11,836 bases of DNA from contig JAWXCN010000172.1 in the NCBI GenBank assembly GCA_034408725.1, positions 1 to 11,836 of the forward strand, given 5' to 3'. The translations under genes and the position numbers were made by a program. The stretch comes from Candidatus Hydrogenedentota bacterium (lineage in GTDB: Bacteria > Hydrogenedentota > Hydrogenedentia > Hydrogenedentales > SLHB01). The notes under the pieces were generated by a model. It ran no database searches. It was not told where the DNA came from and saw only the letters and a program-made list of their open reading frames with translations. Shown piece by piece: positions 7,810 through 11,836 of the stretch (position 1 is the stretch's first letter; every line of letters begins with the position of its first letter).

Positions 7810-10800
7810 CAGCCCTTCGTAATCGTCTCATCCAGATTCAACAGCGCCCTGCACAACACCGTCCATGCGGCTTTGTCCACATCGTCCACGTTGTCCACAC
7901 CGTCCACTACCAACGCCAGTTCCGCGCTGTCCGCCGCCTTCACTTTTCCTGCGCGTTGTTCATCCAAAAACCGTTTAATCCGGCTCAGCTCCTCCGCATC
8001 CGGCGGACGCGACACGCAGAGCAGAAAAGCGTATCGAATGCGCGCGGCGTCATCTCCTTCGTGCGCCAGCACGCGCTTGGCGAACGCATCTGCCGCCTCA
8101 ACAAACACGGGGTCATTCATCAACGTCAACGCCTGCAACGGAGTGCTCGATCTCGTCCGCGTTACCGTCGCCACGTCGCGCGCAGGCGCGTCGAACACGT
8201 TCGCGGCGGGATACGGCAGGGTCCGTTTCCAATACACATACATGCCGCGACGATACCGGTCTTCGCCTTCCGCGACGGTCCAGCCTTCACCCGGATACAC
8301 CATCGACAACGCGCCGTCAGGCAACGGCGGTTTCACGCTCGGCCCGCCGATCTTTGCGCTCAACAGTCCGCTTGCGGACAACGCGATATCGCGCACGAAC
8401 TCCGCTTCAACGCGGTACCGCGGCGCGCGCGCAAGCCATTCATTGCTCGGGTCCGCCGCGAGCAGTTCCGGCGTGACCGTTGCGCTCTGCCGATACGTCG
8501 CGGACGTCACCATCATCCGCGTCATTTCTTTCAGGTCCCACCCGCGCCGCATGAACTCGACCGCGAGCCAATCCAGCAATTCCGGGTGCGTCGGTTTCTC
8601 GCCGCGCGCGCCGAAATCTTCGGCTGACGCCACGATGCCGCGCCCAAAATACGTCTGCCATAACCGGTTCACGGCTACGCGCGCGGTCAGTGGATTCTCG
8701 TCCGACATGATCCACCGCGCCATTGTAAGCCGGTTCAGCGCCGCGCCCTCTTGCACGGGCGGCAACACCACGAGCACGCCTGCGGTCACGGAATGTTCGG
8801 GACTCAAAAACTCGCCGCGATGGTAGACGTGCGTTACGCGGGGCGCCATGCGTTCTTCGAGGACTTGCGTTGTTACAAATTTCGGCATGGCGTTGTGCAG
8901 GTCCGCGATCTGTTTGTGCGCATCCGCGAGTTCGGGCGCGACGGAGAGGTAATGGGCAACGAGTTTTGCGTCGTCTTCCGGCGCGCGAGGACGCGCGCCC
9001 TCCCGCGCTTCGCCGGCCTGCCCAAGAATCGATTCGATGTCGGCGGGGACGCCGGATGCAACGACTGGCAAGGGATCGCTGGTGGCTGAAACGCGGAAGC
9101 GTCCAATCGTATGGTTGTGTACGTAGAACTGTTCGAGGACCAGTTGCAACAAGGTTCCACCGTCGTGCGTGATTGGCTCCGCGAATTGATAGACAATCGC
9201 GTGCGGTTTGCCCGCGGCGCCTTTGATGGCCCAGCCGGTATCGCGTTTTCCGTCGAGCGTTTCCTCCGGTGTGCGTCCCGCCTGCATGTAGTCAACGGTG
9301 GGATTCTGGAGCGCAATGTCCTGCAAAGCGTCCGGTGTCAACCAGGGCGCAGTGCTCCCACGGACTTCGCTTAGCAGAAAGTCGCCACCTTCGCTCATGA
9401 TCACGCCGCGGCCCGGACCATTGTTTGGCAGACTCGCGTCCGGCAACACTTCGATGCGAATCGCGGTGATATTTTTTAGGTCAGTACGGAATTTCGCGGT
9501 GTAAATATCGGTGTTGGGATTGTCTCCATGCGCTAGGATCGATTTGTCTTCGAGGATGCGGAACGACGAATGAAATTCGGAAGTGAATTCCACCGGATCG
9601 AGCACGGTCCATTTGCGCGCTTTCGGAGTCACCTCCGCCTGCCACTCGGCGAATTTCTGTTCCATGAACTTCGCGCGCCGCACATCATCCGGTTCGTCTG
9701 ACGGAGGATAACCCTGCCGCACCGTTGACACCTTGAACCGTGACAGCGTGTGCGCGCGGCCATACTGCTGGTGCAGCGTCAACACCACTTTGCCAGGCGC
9801 GGCGAACGTCAGCGGTTCTTCAAGCCACAGCGTCAGCGTATGCGGCGCGGCCTTGTCCACGCCCGCCGCATCCACCGCCCAACCGGTCGCGTTGTTATCG
9901 TCGATGGCCTTCTCCGCCTCGAAGCCGCCATACGCCACGTCCGATTCCGCGCGCGCAAATTTTACCGGCTTGGCATCAGCATCGCCGAAGTTCGCAGTCG
10001 CCCACGCCTCGGTGATCACGAAATTGCCCATCGAAGACCGGCCCGCGCCCGCATCACCTGGATTCGGCGAAGTATCGATCCGCAGCCCCGTCACCGGCCC
10101 GCCGGTCAACGCGATCTCGATGCGATACGAATCCGTTTCTGGCGCGCTACCGCTCGCCGCGATTACACCGTTCGCATCCACGGCCAGCGTCGCGCCGCCT
10201 GAGGATTCGACGATTGCCGGAACGACCATTGCGGTTTCCGTTTGTGGCTCGGCCACGGGAAAGCGGTTCGGCAGGTCCGCAATCAGCGCGTCGATCTCCG
10301 CCTGTGCCTTTTCGCGCTTCCGCGCGATGTGCTCATCCGGCACTTCGATATCGACGTCGTCGGTGTCGTTCAAGAACGCGTACAACTGAAAATATTCATC
10401 GTGCGAAATCGGATCGTACTTGTGCGTGTGGCATTGCGCGCAGCCGAACGTCAGCCCCAGAAACACCTGGCCCGTCGTATTCGTGCGGTCCACCACCGCC
10501 TCGTAGCGGTATTCCTCGACATCGATTCCACCCTCTTCGTTCAGCATCGTGTTGCGATGGAACCCCGTCGCGATGTTATCCTCGACCGAGGCATCCGGGA
10601 GTAAGTCACCGGCCAACTGTTTGATCACAAATTGATCGTAGGGAATGTTCGCATTCAACGCGGCAATCACCCAATCGCGATACGGCCAAATAGATCGCGG
10701 ACGATCCTTTTCAAACCCATTGGTGTCCGCGTACCGCGCGGCATCCATCCAGCGCATCGCCTGGGCTTCGCCATAGTGGGGGGACGCCAGCAGCCGGTCT

Positions 10801-11468
10801 ATCACCCGCTCATACGCATCCGGCGCGGTATCGGTAATGAACGCGTCGATTTCCTCCGGGGCCGGCGGCAGACCCGTCAAATCCAAACTCGCCCGGCGCA
10901 ATAGCGCGTAACGGTCCGCCTCCGCCGATGGTGCAAGCCCAAGTTCCTCGAGTTTCGCGAGTATGAAAGTGTCGATGGGGTTCCGCGCCCACGCGGCATT
11001 TTTCACCTCCGGCAACGCCCCTTGCACCGGCTTCTGGAATGACCAATGGTCCGCGCCAATCGGCGCCGCGGCAGGCCCGATGGATTCTCCACCCCACGAC
11101 CCGCCCTGATCGATCCACGCCGCCAACAAAGCAATATCTTGCGTGGCAAGGGGCTCGCCGTTGGACGGCATGCGAAATCCGGGGTCATTCGACGTTACCC
11201 GCAATATCAGCGCGCTCTCCGCACTCTTACCGGCCTTGTATGCGGCCTGGCCAGAATCGCCTCCCTGATGCGCGTCGTCCGCGGACTCCAGGCTCAACCC
11301 GCCTTTGAGCGTCGGACGGTCGTGGCATTTCATGCAGTTTTTGGAAAGAATCGGCAGGATTTGGGCGTGGAAATCCACAGGTGCGGTTTCCGCCGAGAAC
11401 GCGGCAATACAAGCGGATAATCCCATGGCAGCCGCCCGTAACTTCATGCATCGGAACGCGAACTTCAT
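7809..11468 (-). CDS. Planctomycete cytochrome c (PSCyt1) / DUF1549 / DUF1553 (PSD1) protein with two internal beta-sandwich repeats
   Basis: Signal-peptide-like N-terminus; VDFHAQILPILSKNCMKCH...WIDQG (PSCyt1); HWSF..P, NPIDTFI, LLRRASLDLTGLPP, WMDAARYADTNG and CAQCHTHKYDPI (DUF1549); RLTMARWI, NPLTARVAVNRLWQ, HPELLDWLA and TPLQALTLMND (DUF1553). Start is likely ATG 11468 or 11447 rather than 11531. Confidence 0.93.
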   Translation of the reverse strand: MKFAFRCMKLRAAAMGLSACIAAFSAETAPVDFHAQILPILSKNCMKCHDRPTLKGGLSLESADDAHQGGDSGQAAYKAGKSAESALILRVTSNDPGFRMPSNGEPLATQDIALLAAWIDQGGSWGGESIGPAAAPIGADHWSFQKPVQGALPEVKNAAWARNPIDTFILAKLEELGLAPSAEADRYALLRRASLDLTGLPPAPEEIDAFITDTAPDAYERVIDRLLASPHYGEAQAMRWMDAARYADTNGFEKDRPRSIWPYRDWVIAALNANIPYDQFVIKQLAGDLLPDASVEDNIATGFHRNTMLNEEGGIDVEEYRYEAVVDRTNTTGQVFLGLTFGCAQCHTHKYDPISHDEYFQLYAFLNDTDDVDIEVPDEHIARKREKAQAEIDALIADLPNRFPVAEPQTETAMVVPAIVESSGGATLAVDANGVIAASGSAPETDSYRIEIALTGGPVTGLRIDTSPNPGDAGAGRSSMGNFVITEAWATANFGDADAKPVKFARAESDVAYGGFEAEKAIDDNNATGWAVDAAGVDKAAPHTLTLWLEEPLTFAAPGKVVLTLHQQYGRAHTLSRFKVSTVRQGYPPSDEPDDVRRAKFMEQKFAEWQAEVTPKARKWTVLDPVEFTSEFHSSFRILEDKSILAHGDNPNTDIYTAKFRTDLKNITAIRIEVLPDASLPNNGPGRGVIMSEGGDFLLSEVRGSTAPWLTPDALQDIALQNPTVDYMQAGRTPEETLDGKRDTGWAIKGAAGKPHAIVYQFAEPITHDGGTLLQLVLEQFYVHNHTIGRFRVSATSDPLPVVASGVPADIESILGQAGEAREGARPRAPEDDAKLVAHYLSVAPELADAHKQIADLHNAMPKFVTTQVLEERMAPRVTHVYHRGEFLSPEHSVTAGVLVVLPPVQEGAALNRLTMARWIMSDENPLTARVAVNRLWQTYFGRGIVASAEDFGARGEKPTHPELLDWLAVEFMRRGWDLKEMTRMMVTSATYRQSATVTPELLAADPSNEWLARAPRYRVEAEFVRDIALSASGLLSAKIGGPSVKPPLPDGALSMVYPGEGWTVAEGEDRYRRGMYVYWKRTLPYPAANVFDAPARDVATVTRTRSSTPLQALTLMNDPVFVEAADAFAKRVLAHEGDDAARIRYAFLLCVSRPPDAEELSRIKRFLDEQRAGKVKAADSAELALVVDGVDNVDDVDKAAWTVLCRALLNLDETITKG

Positions 11469-11499
11469 TGTCTTTAGCCCTACTGCGCCAATAGGCTCC

Positions 11500-11508
11500 A
11501 GCATAGCA
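11500..11508 (-). promoter_or_regulatory. Possible extended -10 promoter element
   Basis: TGcTATGCT on the - strand, about 30 bp upstream of ATG 11468. No recognisable -35 element. Confidence 0.3.
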
Positions 11509-11605
11509 GATTCGGCCATGCCGGGGCGCATCAGTCGACTGGGGAATCACGCTCAAATCCCAGGTAACCAAGAAACACGCCACTGCCGATGATTGCTCCA
11601 ACGCG

Positions 11606-11836
11606 CCGCGCATAGCGCCTTGGAGTGCGGCAGCGGGTAGCTGCCGCTTTCATTTCGTGGGGAATGTCGCTTCGCAATTAAGAGCGATTGCGCTGGCTTC
11701 GGTTCGTGTGTCCCTGAAGCCTTCAAGTTTACTGGAGGATTTCGAGTACCCCGAAGTGAAAGCGGCGCTGACACGCCGCAGTCCAAGGCGCTGCGCGCGG
11801 CCAATCGACGTCTAAAATCCGCGCGGAGCGCCTTGG
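11606..11836. repeat. REPIN/BIME-like array of alternating ~45-bp palindromic units (continues past window end)
   Basis: Unit 1 (11606-11652) is ccgcgcatagcgccttggagtgcggcagcgggtagctgccgctttca. Unit 2 (11757-11800, inverted) reads ccgcgcgcagcgccttggactgcggcgtgtcagcgccgctttca on the - strand. Unit 3 starts at 11819 (ccgcgcggagcgccttgg, truncated). Confidence 0.8.

Noticed and set aside
7367..7831. Alternative 154-aa - strand ORF overlapping the membrane gene
   Set aside because: Arg-rich with no coherent features, and it starts inside the upstream gene. The 7342-7809 frame has TM segments and a TGATG coupling.
7693..8826. 377-aa ORF on the + strand
   Set aside because: Antisense shadow of the conserved DUF1553 gene; Ser/Arg/Ala-rich with no recognisable motifs.
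11606..11836. CRISPR array or tRNA
   Set aside because: Units alternate in orientation with unequal spacers, no cas genes are present, and there is no cloverleaf or T-loop consensus.

Overview
GC-rich bacterial chromosomal window. The gene families (planctomycete cytochrome c/DUF1549/DUF1553 plus DUF1501) suggest Planctomycetota/PVC or a similar lineage such as Ca. Hydrogenedentes; this is inference. The + strand carries the 3' end of a DUF1501 gene, a REC-GGDEF diguanylate cyclase, a GT-C (PMT/ArnT-like) membrane glycosyltransferase and folD. Converging on the - strand are a ~1220-aa PSCyt1/DUF1549/DUF1553 c-type cytochrome protein, a 155-aa low-GC membrane protein wedged into that operon, a Tat-exported DUF1501 protein, a class I SAM methyltransferase and a DUF72 protein. 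No transposase, RNA gene or CRISPR array is visible. The most unusual features are: (i) dense, diverse REP/REPIN-like palindromes and short tandem repeats in most of the larger intergenic gaps, two repeat-like elements lying in-frame inside the large cytochrome gene; (ii) a DUF72 gene with no ATG/GTG/TTG start upstream of its conserved N-terminus; (iii) a translationally coupled low-GC gene splitting the usually adjacent DUF1553-DUF1501 pair; (iv) a canonical G-quadruplex motif directly after the DUF1501 stop codon.
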